From Neoconidiobolus thromboides FSU 785 (Eukaryota > Fungi > Entomophthoromycota): 64,000 nt of DNA. A program made the translations under genes and the position numbers. The notes beneath the pieces were generated by a model. The model was not told the origin of the DNA and made no database searches. It saw nothing but the letters and a program-made list of their open reading frames with translations. Positions 48,331-61,014 of the stretch are shown piece by piece. Numbering within the stretch: position 1 is the stretch's first letter; the number at the start of each line of letters is the position of its first letter. The stretch covers positions 84,086-148,085 of the forward strand of contig MU626289.1 in NCBI GenBank assembly GCA_025603075.1, read 5' to 3'.

Positions 48331-49719
48331 TTACAAACTTATCAATTTCAAATTATTCCAATTGCTAAAACTGTTTCGTAAAAACAGAGTAAAAATAAAT
48401 AAAAATAATATAAAAATCCAATAGTAGCTTGTAAAATCTGGAACGGATGACTTACGATTCGCTTTCTTATGTTTAGTTTCTTGATGAATCTCAAACTGGT
48501 AGGTTGGGTTTAATTTGCCCAATATCTTTCCTATTGTTTTATACCCTACACTTTTAGCGCTAGACATAACCCAATCACGATTGATGTATACAAAAAATTT
48601 GACAATTTGAGTGGCCACAAACACCTTAATAGGTACTAAAATTTTATATAACTGGGAATGCGGTAATTTCAAATAATCTGAACGAATGTCACCAATAAAA
48701 AAGCGGGTTAATTCTACATTATGATGATATGAACGGAAGAAAGGGGGTTGGTATGAGCAAGCTTTAAGGACGTTAGTTGCAATGGCAGATGCAGATTCGG
48801 ATGGGGGAGGGTTTGGTTCATACAAATGAAACGCGATACTTTCCCTTAGGCATCGTCCTTTGTTAAATGAAGCAAGGTATCCATTTTCATCTTTTATTCC
48901 CAATAAATAAGCAATATATCTCCAGCATGCCATATAATCTTCTTTATCTTGATCTGATAAATCAATCCCCATCCTTTCTAAATTTATCAATACTACATAA
49001 GAAAACACAAGTATCGTTGAATATAAATCTTCTTGATTTGCAGGTATACCATTTAATTTTTTATCATAAAAGCCTTTTGGTAAGCGTAGAACATGTTGCC
49101 TTACTTGAGCATGCATCATTCTAACATTAAAGGCGGATAGCCAGCCCCTTCCTTCTGGTTTGAGTTCATCGAAGCACATACAATCCATTACAAATAATGC
49201 AGTTTCCAATAACCTTGGGTATGCTTTGGTTGGGCTATTTAAATAATTTGTACAGTTTAACGTGGCTACTATTTTCTCTGCTGAAAACCCGCCAACTAAG
49301 CTACAATTTAATAATATCAATTTAATAAGAGGGAAGTAAGACCAGTATAATGTTTGGCCTCTTTTGATTTGATCTTGGTCTACCCATTCCGGAACATGGT
49401 ATAATTCTTTATATAGCTCACGAACTTCTTTAGGACATGTTTCCTCGTCTTTAACCAGTTCTTTCAACTTATTTAAACGAAACTCATTGTTTATCCTTAA
49501 AGAATTGCTAGGGACGTATTTTAAATATGATAGACAGGATTGCGCTAAATCATCACCTATAGACCTTAAAGGCTCCAATTCCCTTGGAAGTATATGGTCT
49601 TTACCCCACGTATATGAGATATCAAAGCTTACTATATTATCCCCCACTTTTGGTTCTAAATTTAAGATGGCTTGATCAATTACGCCTTTCATTTTAACGC
49701 TAAATTTAATGCTTATCAC
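48331..49719 (-). CDS. DUF2236/MpaB-like ER-bound oxygenase (Lcp-related fold) with C-terminal membrane anchor, intronless
   Basis: PEWVDQDQIKRGQ; RLLETALFV; VRMMHAQVR (candidate heme His); PANQEDL; WRYIAYLLGI; hydrophobic C-terminus. Confidence 0.85.
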   Translation of the reverse strand: MISIKFSVKMKGVIDQAILNLEPKVGDNIVSFDISYTWGKDHILPRELEPLRSIGDDLAQSCLSYLKYVPSNSLRINNEFRLNKLKELVKDEETCPKEVRELYKELYHVPEWVDQDQIKRGQTLYWSYFPLIKLILLNCSLVGGFSAEKIVATLNCTNYLNSPTKAYPRLLETALFVMDCMCFDELKPEGRGWLSAFNVRMMHAQVRQHVLRLPKGFYDKKLNGIPANQEDLYSTILVFSYVVLINLERMGIDLSDQDKEDYMACWRYIAYLLGIKDENGYLASFNKGRCLRESIAFHLYEPNPPPSESASAIATNVLKACSYQPPFFRSYHHNVELTRFFIGDIRSDYLKLPHSQLYKILVPIKVFVATQIVKFFVYINRDWVMSSAKSVGYKTIGKILGKLNPTYQFEIHQETKHKKANRKSSVPDFTSYYWIFILFLFIFTLFLRNSFSNWNNLKLISL

Positions 49720-50539
49720 AATTGATTACAAGTAATCAAAAAGTAGTTTATATTATTAATAAAAAGGTTGAAAGAAATTACAAACGTTTATTAATAATTT
49801 AAGTCAATCTTTTGACTATATATATTCTAGACTCAATTATAAGATTCAAATTAAAACATGCATTAAACATTAAAGGTAAACTAATAAATCATACCTTCCT
49901 CTTTTAATCAATAAAATTTATTTTTAATTGGTTAATAAATTCAGCCTAATTTCATTTAACCAAATTCTAACCATCCAGGCCCAGTTGACCACTTTAGAGA
50001 ATATTACTTATTTGAGAATAAACAAATGTGAGGAAAAATCAATTATAAAATAGTAGTATTAAATATTTTAATAATAATCACTAAATAAATTTAGCCTTTA
50101 TTCAACAATTATAAACTTGAATATATAAAATCTGAACCGTCCGCATTAATCAGGACAAGTTTATATTCGTACTATTAGCTTTTTTGATAGACAATTTGAT
50201 AAGTATCAATACTACATTAGAAATAAAAATGTATGGGTTAATACTTACGTTTAATTTCAATTGACCCATCATTCTTTTTATAAATTAAAATTTTTAATTT
50301 TAGAAATAAAATAAAAAATTAATATATCATCGCCTTTACTTTAGGAATTGTGATATAAAGCTTTCTTATTAATACAAGCTATTAAAACTAATATATATGC
50401 TTTAAGCCGTAAGTAAGATTGAAAAAGTGCCAAACAATAATGAAGTAGTATTTATTATAGTAGGGTCTTAATAACATATTTATTAGTAGCATTGATTCAT
50501 AATAATAAAACTTAACATAAAGCTATGTAATAATAAAAC

Positions 50540-50644
50540 ATGTGGGGATATATTTTTTGTTTAAGAATTTTACTAACAACATTTCTACTCAAATAACGTT
50601 TAAAAGAAGGAAAAAATCAAAATCAAAAAAACATCCCCCCATGT
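50540..50644 (+). mobile_element. ~105 bp MITE-like repeat, copy M (ATGT on both flanks)
   Basis: atgt-ggggatatattttttgtttaagaattttactaac...aaatcaaaaaaacatcccccc-atgt. Confidence 0.8.
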
Positions 50645-51897
50645 GGTGTAATAACAATTCTTTACAGATTGTTTTTTTAAAGACAAGTATAATTTTTTTA
50701 ATTTCATTGTAGTTAATTAATCAATGTTATGTTTATAGAAACTTGCGAATATTAAATATTTTAATTTAATATATTTGTTAGCTCTTAAGCAGGGCCTAAG
50801 CTCCGAGTTTCGGTTCTGATGTATTTAGGCTAATTTATTTGTTTATAATCTAGCATCTATAAGGAGTATATTTAATATCCTCATGTAACTTTTAATCTAT
50901 GAAAATGAAATCCCGTACTTTAAGGAGATTTATTTTTTTGTGTAAGGATTTTAATTGATTATGTTGATTTAAAGTTACTTTCCATAGTAAGTGTATTCAA
51001 ACAGTATACCAAAAAGTAACTTAGCTTACAAACTTCATTTATTAATTATGAAATATCTCCTATTATTATAAATAATATTGAAATTATAAGTTAAATATAA
51101 AAATATTGTATAAGCAGTAGTAAATGAATATGTTACTTAATCTATTTTTTTTGCTAAAATATTAATAAAACCTTTAGTAGTTGATTCCAAAAAACGCTAT
51201 TCTATTTGATAGTTCTTTTAAAAAATAATATTGAACTTTAGATAATATTATCAAAACTATGATTGAATTTCTCTAATATGACTACTAAACCCTTCAAGTT
51301 ATACTTTGACAATATTGAAAAGTAAGATCACAATTTAGGCTATATTATTAATACTATTTTAAAGTTCAAATATTTTTATAATGTTTTTTATATCAATAAC
51401 TTGTATTTTATTTTATTATTATATTTTATTCTTATGTTTTATCATTATATTCAATAGGTTTGAATTTTAGCTATAATTATCGTGTAATTTTCGTATAATG
51501 AAAGAAAAACAATTTTTTGAAAGAAATTAAAGCGGAAACCACCATTAGAATAAATAAGAAGGATTGTGTTGCTATTTTTAAAAGTTGAAAATAACACATT
51601 AGAACCATGGTTTAGATCTAGACAATTCTAAGCTAAGCTTCTATACCAAATAATTCAACTTTTTCTAATTTAACTTGGCATAAATCCCCCCTATTTTAAT
51701 GCAAAAATGGTTTAAGAGATCAATTTATTTAAATCCTCAATTGTATCTCAAATATTTTCAAAAAATTAAATATGTTTATAATGTCTTACTAAATATATTA
51801 CATTCGCCATATTGTTTTTAAACGTAAAAAATAAAAAATAAAAATATAATTGGTTTATTATTAAAGAATATAGTTAATTTGAAATTAAGTTATTGCT

Positions 51898-53947
51898 TTA
51901 AACAGGGTTTATAACTTGGGGATATGTTTGACGAATCTATAAATAATTAATAATTGATCTTTATAACAGTACATTAAATGACTTACACTCTCGAATAACT
52001 CAGGGTTGTATGAGGCAAGTGCTTGAGGATCTTCTGCCAAACAAACAAAGAATGAAGTGTTAGCACTCTCAATTACTTGGAAGATGACACTGGAAACTAA
52101 GAGACCAATGAAAAACGATATTATTACCACTGCTGTTATAATTCCTCCATCCATATTGGGTTGAGTTATCGAAGTGACGATATATGCAACTAAGGCTGAT
52201 ATGACAGAAATTAAAACAGAGCCTACAAACAATCAATATGATTATAAAACATTGGACTGAAGTAGTTTACCTAATCCCAGCACATTTCCGATTAAAGAAT
52301 CATTTATAATTGCTTCTACACCTCGGTCTTTAATCAAATTCCATGTAGCCTAAATAAGAATGTTAATTGTTGCTACTATAACATGATGATTAAAGTTTAC
52401 TTTCCCAGCTGGAATATAAGGCAACCCATACATAGCACAATAACAGTAAGCATATGTATTAAAGTACTCTAAAAGTGCTTCAATTTGAGCTAAATCAAGT
52501 TAGTATTATAATTTTGATGATATTATATATCAATATATTTACCGAGGATACACTCAGCACAACATGCTATGAATGCGCAAAGCATGTTGTCACTTCCATT
52601 ACGTGATTGAGAAGCTAAAGTTTTTAAAAGTCTAACTATTGCTACTAAAAGACTTCCAAAGCAAGCGGAACCGAATGAAGTAGTAAGAGCTCTCCCTAAA
52701 GAAGCAAATGATGTATATCTTGATGCTGTAGATGTTGATGAAGGGAAAAAGTAATCGGCTGCAAATGTCCCTGAAATGGTCATATGTGTAATGTCTTTCA
52801 AAAGCTAAAATAGATTATTTTGCTGAATTCAATAATAAATTTATCTACCTGAGTAGTCCAATACAGAGAAAAGGCAGTAAAAACGTATATAGCATAAAGG
52901 GCTGGGTTTGTCTTACATTCCTGAACGGTCCGTCCATTTACAACTCTAGTAGTACAGTTGGATGATTGTTCAGAGTATACTTGAATTGCGCCCATAAGCT
53001 AAATAGATTATTAAAAGAGTATTTAAAAAATCACATAAAAATTACTGTAAACGCCCAATAAATGGTATAGGCGATAGATAATACTAAAAATATAAAACTA
53101 ATAAAAATAGTTCCAGGATAATGTCTTGTAAATAAAGAAACATTTTTAAGCATTATTGTGGAAAAAGGGATACGGGAGCGCCATGAGAACCACAAAAAGG
53201 CATATATTACAGCAAAAACCATCATGATAACACCAACTACATATACTCTAAGATATATATAGTATGCACCAATTGCCAAATATAATAGAGCAGAAAACCA
53301 AAAGGAAATTATAATCAAAATCCTTGCAGCACTAAAGTAATTGAATTAATATAAGCTAAAATATAATGTTTTCGAACTTACAATTGCATTAAAAATACAT
53401 AAAGCAGTCCAAGGACCCCTGATACCACACCAGCAGAGCCAAGTCCAATAAAAGTGTTGTAATTGCCAAAGCCATCATTAGAGTTTCTAAAAGATCGGAA
53501 ATTGATGGCTCTAATCATAAATACACTTAATACAACAAATGCGGCTAAATGCACGATAAATAAAATGGCAGCCCAGACATCATTAAAAGATTTTTTCCCC
53601 TCGAATTTATTATCCGTGTTTACATTTGGGGAAGAATTGTAATTAGGTGTATCATATTGAGGTGGGTTTTGTGGTGGAGGGTATTGGCTTTGAGAGTAAT
53701 TATTATAATCTTGTTGTGGATTCGCTCCATAATTATTGTGTCCCTGCTGAGGTGGTGCCTGGTTATAGTTGTCATACTGATGTGGAGGCGCTCCATAATT
53801 CTGGTTTGGAGCGTAGCCTTGATTTGAGTAGTTTTGATTTGGAGGATAGCCTTGATTTGGAGGATAACCTTGATTCGGAGGATAACCTTGATTTGGATAG
53901 TTCTCGGAACCGTGTCCTCCTTGCTGTGGGTAACCTTTATAATCCAT
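51898..53947 (-). CDS. PNS1: Choline transporter-like protein Pns1 (CTL/SLC44 family), multi-exon
   Basis: KKSFNDVWAAILF; WRSRIPFSTIML; RALTTSFGSACFGSLLVAIV; FNTYAYCYVAMYG; FFVCLAEDP; final exon IRQTYPQVINPV after a gtaagt intron. Confidence 0.92.
53815..53900 (-). repeat. Coding 18 bp tandem repeat (NQGYPP)n in the PNS1 N-terminus
   Basis: ggaggatagccttgattt / ggaggataaccttgattt / ggaggataaccttgattc units. Confidence 0.85.
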
Positions 53948-55295
53948 AAATAATAAGTTAAAGAAACTTAATTTCTTGGTGACCTTATTTTATAGAATTT
54001 TTTTGCCGCAAATTAAAGTAAATCAGTTAAATTTGTCCAGCATTTATTAATGATTGAGTTAACTCTAAATCTATTTAAAGTTGAATGTTTTACATTTTTA
54101 GAAATTCTTCTCATTGTTGGCCCAGTATAATTGAAATTATGACGCTCGGGTGTATGAAATCATTGGTCTTTCAAGCAAATCAAGTAAACAAAAATTAATG
54201 CCCAAGCCAGGCTTAAACTCCTAAAAATAAATTAAATAGCCAAGGTATTTAAATTAAAACTAAACTAATTTTAATTTTATATGACTTTAAATTTTAATTA
54301 TATGGGATAATATAAAGTCAACATTTCACTTTAAAACTTCTATTGCTATTTGCTTCGCTAATAGGATTAAAGCATAGTCATATTACCACCGGTTCGTCTC
54401 TGAATTTTAAATGAATATGTTAAAGAATATATTACAACCAGAAAATTCTAAAATAATTATTAAGATTTTAAGTAAAAATGGGCTATAGTTTTTTGAAACG
54501 GAGTTTTTTGTTATGGTCCATTTTAAAAAAGCTGGCAAACATCCATATTTTAAGTCAAACTTAATTTAAGATAAGAAGGTTTTGAGTAAACTGTTTCAGC
54601 TTACAGCAATCTAAAATAACATTGTATTTTTAATCTGGAGTAAAAGTATTATGTAGGTACTTTTATAAATATTTTTACAGAGTACAAGTTATTTTATTGG
54701 GAATAATTTTTCTTGTTAAAGTTAAACTTTATTACATAAATATCTCGATTTGAAAACCCAAAATAGAGTGATAGCTTAAATCTATACTTTTAAAAATATT
54801 GATTGTATCTTTGTAGTTAACGTTGTTATAAACCTTTCCTAGTCTCTTTTAAAAATTTTATAGTTCACAACATTTAATCTAGATTTATGTATTTTCATTT
54901 TACCATATTTTATAATGACAAAGTTAAAAATTTTAATTAGTTTTATATAATACAACAAGTGTAAAAGTTTTAGTCCCTTAAATTCTATTAATATAATTTA
55001 CTATTTGCTAATGTGTATTTAAATTTAAATAATTTTTTTTACTATAGTTACAAATGCATTTTTAATTAAAAAATTGATAAGAAAATAAGTAATCTGTAAT
55101 TTTTTTATTACTATAGCTTTTATTTTATTTTGATAATAATTATATTTAAATTTATTGTTTTTTGCTATAGCAATTACAGATCAAACAGTGTATTCAATAT
55201 AATTAAAGTTTCAAAATTTTGCTTGAATAAAGTATTTTTTAAAAGGTTAAAGCATAATTAATTGCTTTTAGATTAAAAATATAAAATGGTATACT

Positions 55296-55402
55296 ATATG
55301 GGGATGTGTTTTTGTGTTTAAAAATTTTACTAACAAATTTTCCACTCAAATAGCACTTGAAAAATGGAAAAAATAATGAAATCAAAAAAAACACTCCCAT
55401 AT
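55296..55402 (+). mobile_element. ~105 bp MITE-like repeat, copy N (well conserved)
   Basis: atatggggatgtgtttttgtgtttaaaaattttactaacaaattttccactcaaatagcacttgaaaaatggaaaaaataatgaaatcaaaaaaaacactcccatat. Confidence 0.9.
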
Positions 55403-55519
55403 ACTACTTTAATTTTTTAAAAATATGATTAATATTTTATAAGCTATAAAAATATTTTATTATATTAAAACTAATATAATTAAAGTATATAATATTTATT
55501 AAATTCTAAAGAAATAAAA

Positions 55520-55625
55520 ATATGAGAGTGTCTTTTTTAGTTTTATCACTTTTCTATCTTTTAAGCGCTGTTTAAGTGGAAAGATTGTTAGTAAAATTCT
55601 TAAACCAAAAAATACATCCCCATAT
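55520..55625 (-). mobile_element. ~105 bp MITE-like repeat, copy O (inverted relative to N)
   Basis: atatgagagtgtc..aagcgctgtttaagtggaaagattgttagtaaaattcttaaaccaaaaaatacatccccatat. Confidence 0.85.
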
Positions 55626-56389
55626 AGTAAAAAAATATTTTTAAATATTAAAAAAATTAAACTACAATAATTGTATATTTAATAGCTTAAACTTGTTTAA
55701 AAAGAAACTATTTTATAAATTAACTCAAACTAAATAAAACTTAAAGTTTATTTTAGATAAAAAACTTTTATGAAATAGCTTATTATAGTTTTATTTTAGT
55801 TTTTATTATTGTGAAGATTTGTACAAATCCCTTTTTTATGACAATAGCTTCACAGAATAAATATATATTTAAAAGATTGACTCTCCTTTTTTAATGTAAA
55901 AAATAAGTTTGTATAAAAGTATTAACTATCCTATAAAAAGTATACTGATTTGCAAAAAACACCATTAGCCTATCAAAGTATTATAAAAGCCACTAGTGGT
56001 CTTATATACTATGAAAGTTTTCAAAATTAATTAATACAATAAAATAAATATTATATTTGATGGCCATAAATCATCTAATCTAATTATTAATAGCAAAATC
56101 ACTTAAATTAAATTTATTCTAAAAGCACTGAAATAAGGAAGTGATATCGAGGTAAATAATAAGCAGAGATAAATGTATCTGGATTAAAAAAATTTATCTG
56201 AATTAAAGATGTGCATATTTATTCTATTGATAAGTTTAAAAAGTTCCAAAAACCTTAGAAATGCTTACTATTTTTTGAATTTTGATCAAGATTTAAATAC
56301 GTAATACTGATAAGCTTAGCCAATATATTTCAAATCATTCAATTTTAGCAAATTTCAACTTTTATTTTTTATTTACAAACAACATAAAA

Positions 56390-57825
56390 ATGAATAATAA
56401 TGATTTAACTGAAGGCAATAAAAACGAAATCATTTCACAGTTTGTTTCAACTATTGAAGGAGCCGATGCCGAAACTGCGAAAAGATATCTTGAGATAGCC
56501 AATTGGGATATTGAAGTAAGAGCATCTTATTTTAAGACATGAATATAATATTTTTATGTATAGATGGCACTTGAAACCTATTTCGATCAAATTGAAAATA
56601 AAACGGAACAGGTTCATCAAGATCTAAAAAGCCTCGAACCTAGCTCATCAAGAAACGAAAACAATCAAAAAAGCAATAAAAATAGTAGCAGATTTAAAAC
56701 TTTTGACGATTTGAAAGGAGAAGATCTACCAGAAGAAGGTGGCCAAGATCTCTTTGCTGGAGGGGAAAAATCAGGAACTGCAATTAGATATCCTAACATG
56801 CCTGAGAATGTAAATTCACTTTTAAATGGACTATTTTCAAAAATCAATCAACCTGTATCTGATGAAGAGGAAGAAGAAGGGGAAAATTCACAAAAAAAGC
56901 CTTCCAATATCTTTACTGGCACAGGCTTTAAAATAAGTGATGAAGCTGCTTCTAGCTCAAACCCAGATTTGTCATTGCCAGGTTCTTTTCCACAACAGCC
57001 AAGTACTCCTCAAAGAAATAATGAGTTGGTAAAAAAATATCTCAAAGGTTTGAATCGATTAAAATTTTCAGGTTGTCAAGAAACTTACATTATGGAGAAA
57101 TGGCCTTGCATTAGAAGACGGCCCATTAATAAGCTATACTTCACCCGAAGGTCAAGAGTTTTTACGTGGAGTTAATGAAGGGTAATTTTACAGAAATTTT
57201 AAAATCAATACTAAAATAAATGTATAGAAGAGCACCAATTAGTTTACTTGGAGTTCAACCTGGTCAAAGAGTTGATCTTCATGTCCAGAGAAATATGGAT
57301 GAAGACTATAAAGGTCCATCTGTTTCTGCAAAGCCATTCCAAGGATCTGGGAACAGATTAGGGAGGTATCATCATACTATTCTACTTTTGATATATATGT
57401 TAATTTAGATTTAGTATTGTACCAAGTGCTAAGCCATATAACATTATCGAGAATGAATCTCAAATTCAAGATGCATCTCACACCTATGAAATCAACCCTA
57501 ATTTACCTCAAACTTCCATCCAGATACGTTTAAGTGATGGTAGAAGGTAATTGAAGTACATATCTATCTCTTCTACTTTTTTACATATTTTTAGACTAGT
57601 TGCGAAATTTAATCACAGTCACACACTTTCTGATCTTTATAACTATGTACAAGCGTAAGTCTTTTTATTGTTTTTAAATAATATCTAAAACATTCTAGTT
57701 CTATAAACTCTACCCAACCCTTTACGTTGCAAACGACTTTCCCTACTAAAAAATTGGAAAAAAGCGATATTACTTTAAGTGAAGCTAATTTGTTGAACTC
57801 TGCTGTTGTACAAAGGCCCCTTTAG
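56390..57825 (+). CDS. SHP1: Cdc48/p97 cofactor Shp1/p47 (UBA-SEP-UBX), multi-exon
   Basis: UBA: IISQFVSTIEGADAETAKRYLEIANWDIE; FAGGEKSG; FTGTGFKI; SEP: RAPISLLGV..VDLHVQ; PFQGSGNRLG; UBX: TSIQIRLSDGR..LQTTFPTK..NLLNSAVVQR. Confidence 0.95.
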
Positions 57826-58169
57826 TAATTTTAAGGTATGAATGTTATTTAACTACTCAAAATTATATTATTAATATAAATAAAATAGTGGTTTTAAACA
57901 AAAGCTTAAGCACTATACGAAATTCCATATTTAATGAAATGGGTATTTTAAACTTAGTTAAATTTATTTTGAAGCTACTATTTTTATATTTGACTAATGT
58001 AATAAGGCATTCTATGAAGTATTTAAAATTTTGTTTTATAAACACAAATAATAGAAGTATTATTAATTTTGAAAATGAAAGTCTAAGACTAAAAAATTTA
58101 TAAGGAAAAAATCAAAAAAATGAATTCAAAATTGGCTAACAGTATAGAGGTTTATCTGTAATTTTTAAT

Positions 58170-58240
58170 ATATGGGGATGTTTTTTCAATAGTTTAATAA
58201 TTTTTCTCCTCAAATTGCATTTAAAAAACAATCCCATATA
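58170..58240. mobile_element. Internally deleted MITE-like copy (~70 bp)
   Basis: atatggggatgttttttc...aaaaaacaatcccatata keeps both termini. Confidence 0.65.
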
Positions 58241-58918
58241 TTGAAACATTTATAATCTCTGGAATTTTTTAATATTAGGTATTCTAGTATACTTGTAATT
58301 AAATTTCAATAGACGAACGTTAGGTTTAAGTAAGTATTTAGTATTTAGAAGATTCAAAAATAAATTTAACATAGTTATTTATAAATATTAAAATTATTAC
58401 TATTAAAGATCTGGTATTTAAAGATCTGATATTTAAACATCTTTCTTATAAGAACCATTTATAGTATAAACGCATTACATTGGGGTTCGAAATGGTATTT
58501 AAAAAGAACAAAAGGTGAACTCTACAAAATTACTATAAACTAATAAACAAGGATCGAAAGTGTCTTATAAAAAAATTATAATTGACAGAAATATTCTTTT
58601 CATTAATATTTTTGTCCACTTTTTATACAATTTAAACTAAAAATAAAAAACTTACAAATATTATTTTACTATTACTTAGCTTTTATATACATATGGTTTT
58701 TAATTTAATTAAAAAAAATAAGAATTACTATCCATTTTAATATAAAACTATTAAACTTTCCTAGTGACTATTGTATGTATTTTATATAACTATATCTTTA
58801 AAATTGCTATACTTGACTAATATCAGTAAATATCGTAGTAATTTAAATCCCATAATTTTTGTGATGAATCAAATATTTCTGGTTATTTTTCAAACATCAA
58901 TTTGTTTTCATTAAAGAA

Positions 58919-60055
58919 ATGATATCAAAATTTCTATCCCATCAACTATCGAGGGTTAGATTATCACCCCATTTAAGGCTACAGGATGCAACAAATATTA
59001 ATAAGTTAAATCAAATCAAATATTTCTCAAATGCAACTAAAAGGATTGGGCCACAACAAACTTCAGTTTACAAACAAATATCTGCCAGAATGCCAATTTT
59101 TGCATGTAACATAGGAGGAATAAGAACAAAAAAAGACAGAGTAGAATCTCCCTTAGTTCGCACTGATGGTCAATTCAAAACATTTAAGCCCATTACACCG
59201 GGACTGCGTTTTCGTCGTATGCCTTTACGTGATCATCTTCATAAAGGTAAACCAATACGTAAATTAACAATAGCAAAAAGAAAGACAGGTGGGCGTAATA
59301 ATTCAGGAAGAATTACTACTAGACACCGTGGTGGTGGTCATCGTCAACGTATTCGTATAATAGATTTCCATCGTAAAGCTCCTGGACAATGTGAAGTTAT
59401 GCGTTTAGAATATGATCCAGGACGTTCAGCACATATAGCCTTAATAAAGAATCTTGATAATGAAGAATTATCTTATATCCTTGCTCCACAAGGACTTGAG
59501 CCAGGGATGATTGTCGAATCTTTTGTTACTCCAAAAGAAAAGACTGAACAGGAAAAAGCTGAGGAAGAAGCATATGGCGATATTACTCTCACGGTACCAA
59601 TAAATATAGGTAATTGTATGCCACTTCATATGGCACCAGTAGGTACAATCATGCATTGTATTGGGCTTAAAAAGGGTGGAAAGGCTCAAATGATCCGTTC
59701 AGCTGGAACTTGGGCCCAACTCGTAGCTACAGGAAAAACAGGCTACGCACAGATTAAGCTTTCTTCAGGTGAAGTAAGAAAGGTACCAGTTGATGCAATT
59801 GGTACTGTTGGTAAAGTATCTAACCCTAACCATCAACATCGTGTTTTAGGTAAAGCAGGTGCTCGTCGTCGTTTAGGCTGGCGTCCTTCAGTTCGTGGTA
59901 TGGCTATGAATCCAAGAGATCATCCACATGGTGGAGGCCGTGGTAAATCAAAGGGTAACAGACAGCCAACTTCACCTTGGGGTGTACTTGCTAAAGGTGG
60001 AAAAACCAGAACACGTCCTAACCCTATGGTTGTTAAGCCTCGTCCACGTCGTTGA
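58919..60055 (+). CDS. RML2: Mitochondrial 54S ribosomal protein uL2m, intronless
   Basis: Presequence-like N-terminus; KPITPGLR; GGRNNSGRITTRHRGGGH; EYDPGRSAHIAL; VRGMAMNPRDHPHGGG. Confidence 0.96.
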   Translation: MISKFLSHQLSRVRLSPHLRLQDATNINKLNQIKYFSNATKRIGPQQTSVYKQISARMPIFACNIGGIRTKKDRVESPLVRTDGQFKTFKPITPGLRFRRMPLRDHLHKGKPIRKLTIAKRKTGGRNNSGRITTRHRGGGHRQRIRIIDFHRKAPGQCEVMRLEYDPGRSAHIALIKNLDNEELSYILAPQGLEPGMIVESFVTPKEKTEQEKAEEEAYGDITLTVPINIGNCMPLHMAPVGTIMHCIGLKKGGKAQMIRSAGTWAQLVATGKTGYAQIKLSSGEVRKVPVDAIGTVGKVSNPNHQHRVLGKAGARRRLGWRPSVRGMAMNPRDHPHGGGRGKSKGNRQPTSPWGVLAKGGKTRTRPNPMVVKPRPRR

Positions 60056-60387
60056 TGATTTGTTTTCTAATGCCTTGATTTTAATGATTGGCTTAAGATC
60101 TATTTTTTTGGGTATCTGAATAGTTTTTAAAGGATAAGTGTAATACCTGCTTAATATAAAAAATTAAAAATAGAACTAGATCATATATTATTTATAATAT
60201 TATTTAGCTTATTTTTGAAAACTAATAATCTTTTTATAAATTAAAAATAGATCTTTATTTACTTAATATGAACAATGCTATAGCTGTGATTTGATATAAC
60301 TACAAAATAAAATTTTAATAAAACAGTTCAAGTTTTACAAATTTTATTTTCATGAAGTAGTTAAATAGAAACATTAAAGTATTCATG

Positions 60388-60857
60388 CTATTTATCCTTT
60401 TGTGATTTAGGAATTATAGGTGACGTTTCAAAGATTCTCTTTCGCGCTTTCTCGTACTCAAGTTTCCTTTGCAATAAACCTTTTTCAATCTCCACTACAC
60501 TCGATCCTTTTTTAATTACTTCCTCCTTTTTACTCAAATTACTAGGTCTGGCTAATAAACGTATCTTACAATATTAATTAAATGCCGAATTTAATATTAA
60601 AGTTTACTTGGGGTTTATATTCTGTATAGTTTAAACTGGAGTTCTGTATTTGTAATCTTATCTAAATAAGTTTATTTTTAAATCAAACTTTATATAAAAC
60701 TACTTATAATCTTTCGATGATTTTTCTTTAGTTTCTGGTATAGTTAAGCCTACTGGATCAAACTATAGAAATAACTTAAAAGTATGACATGTTTAGTATT
60801 TTTACTTACATCTTCCTCGGCTGCTTTCTCCCAATCATCTAATATCTCTTTACTCAT
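60388..60857 (-). CDS. SUZ domain-containing protein (SZRD1-like), ~4 exons
   Basis: Spliced MSKERLDDWEKAAEED..YKPQ/IRLLARPS..IEKRFIAKETEYEKARKRIFET matches the SZRD1 pattern WEEAAD..QIRILKRP..EYAEARKRI. Absent from the ORF track. Confidence 0.8.
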
Positions 60858-61014
60858 ATCTCGAATTTAAACTGTTCTATTATTTAAACTTGACTTCTAA
60901 AATAAAAAAACAAAAACCTGGTATAATTTTATATTTAGTCAATTTTTGCAATTAAAATTTAGTATTTAAAATTTACTGTGATAATATTATTTTAGCCTTG
61001 TTTTACTAGTCACA

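Noticed and set aside
58480-58500. GGTTCGA/GGTTCAA T-loop-like motifs (also ~19648 and ~35499)
   Set aside because: No cloverleaf stems or A-box at the proper spacing; not tRNAs.
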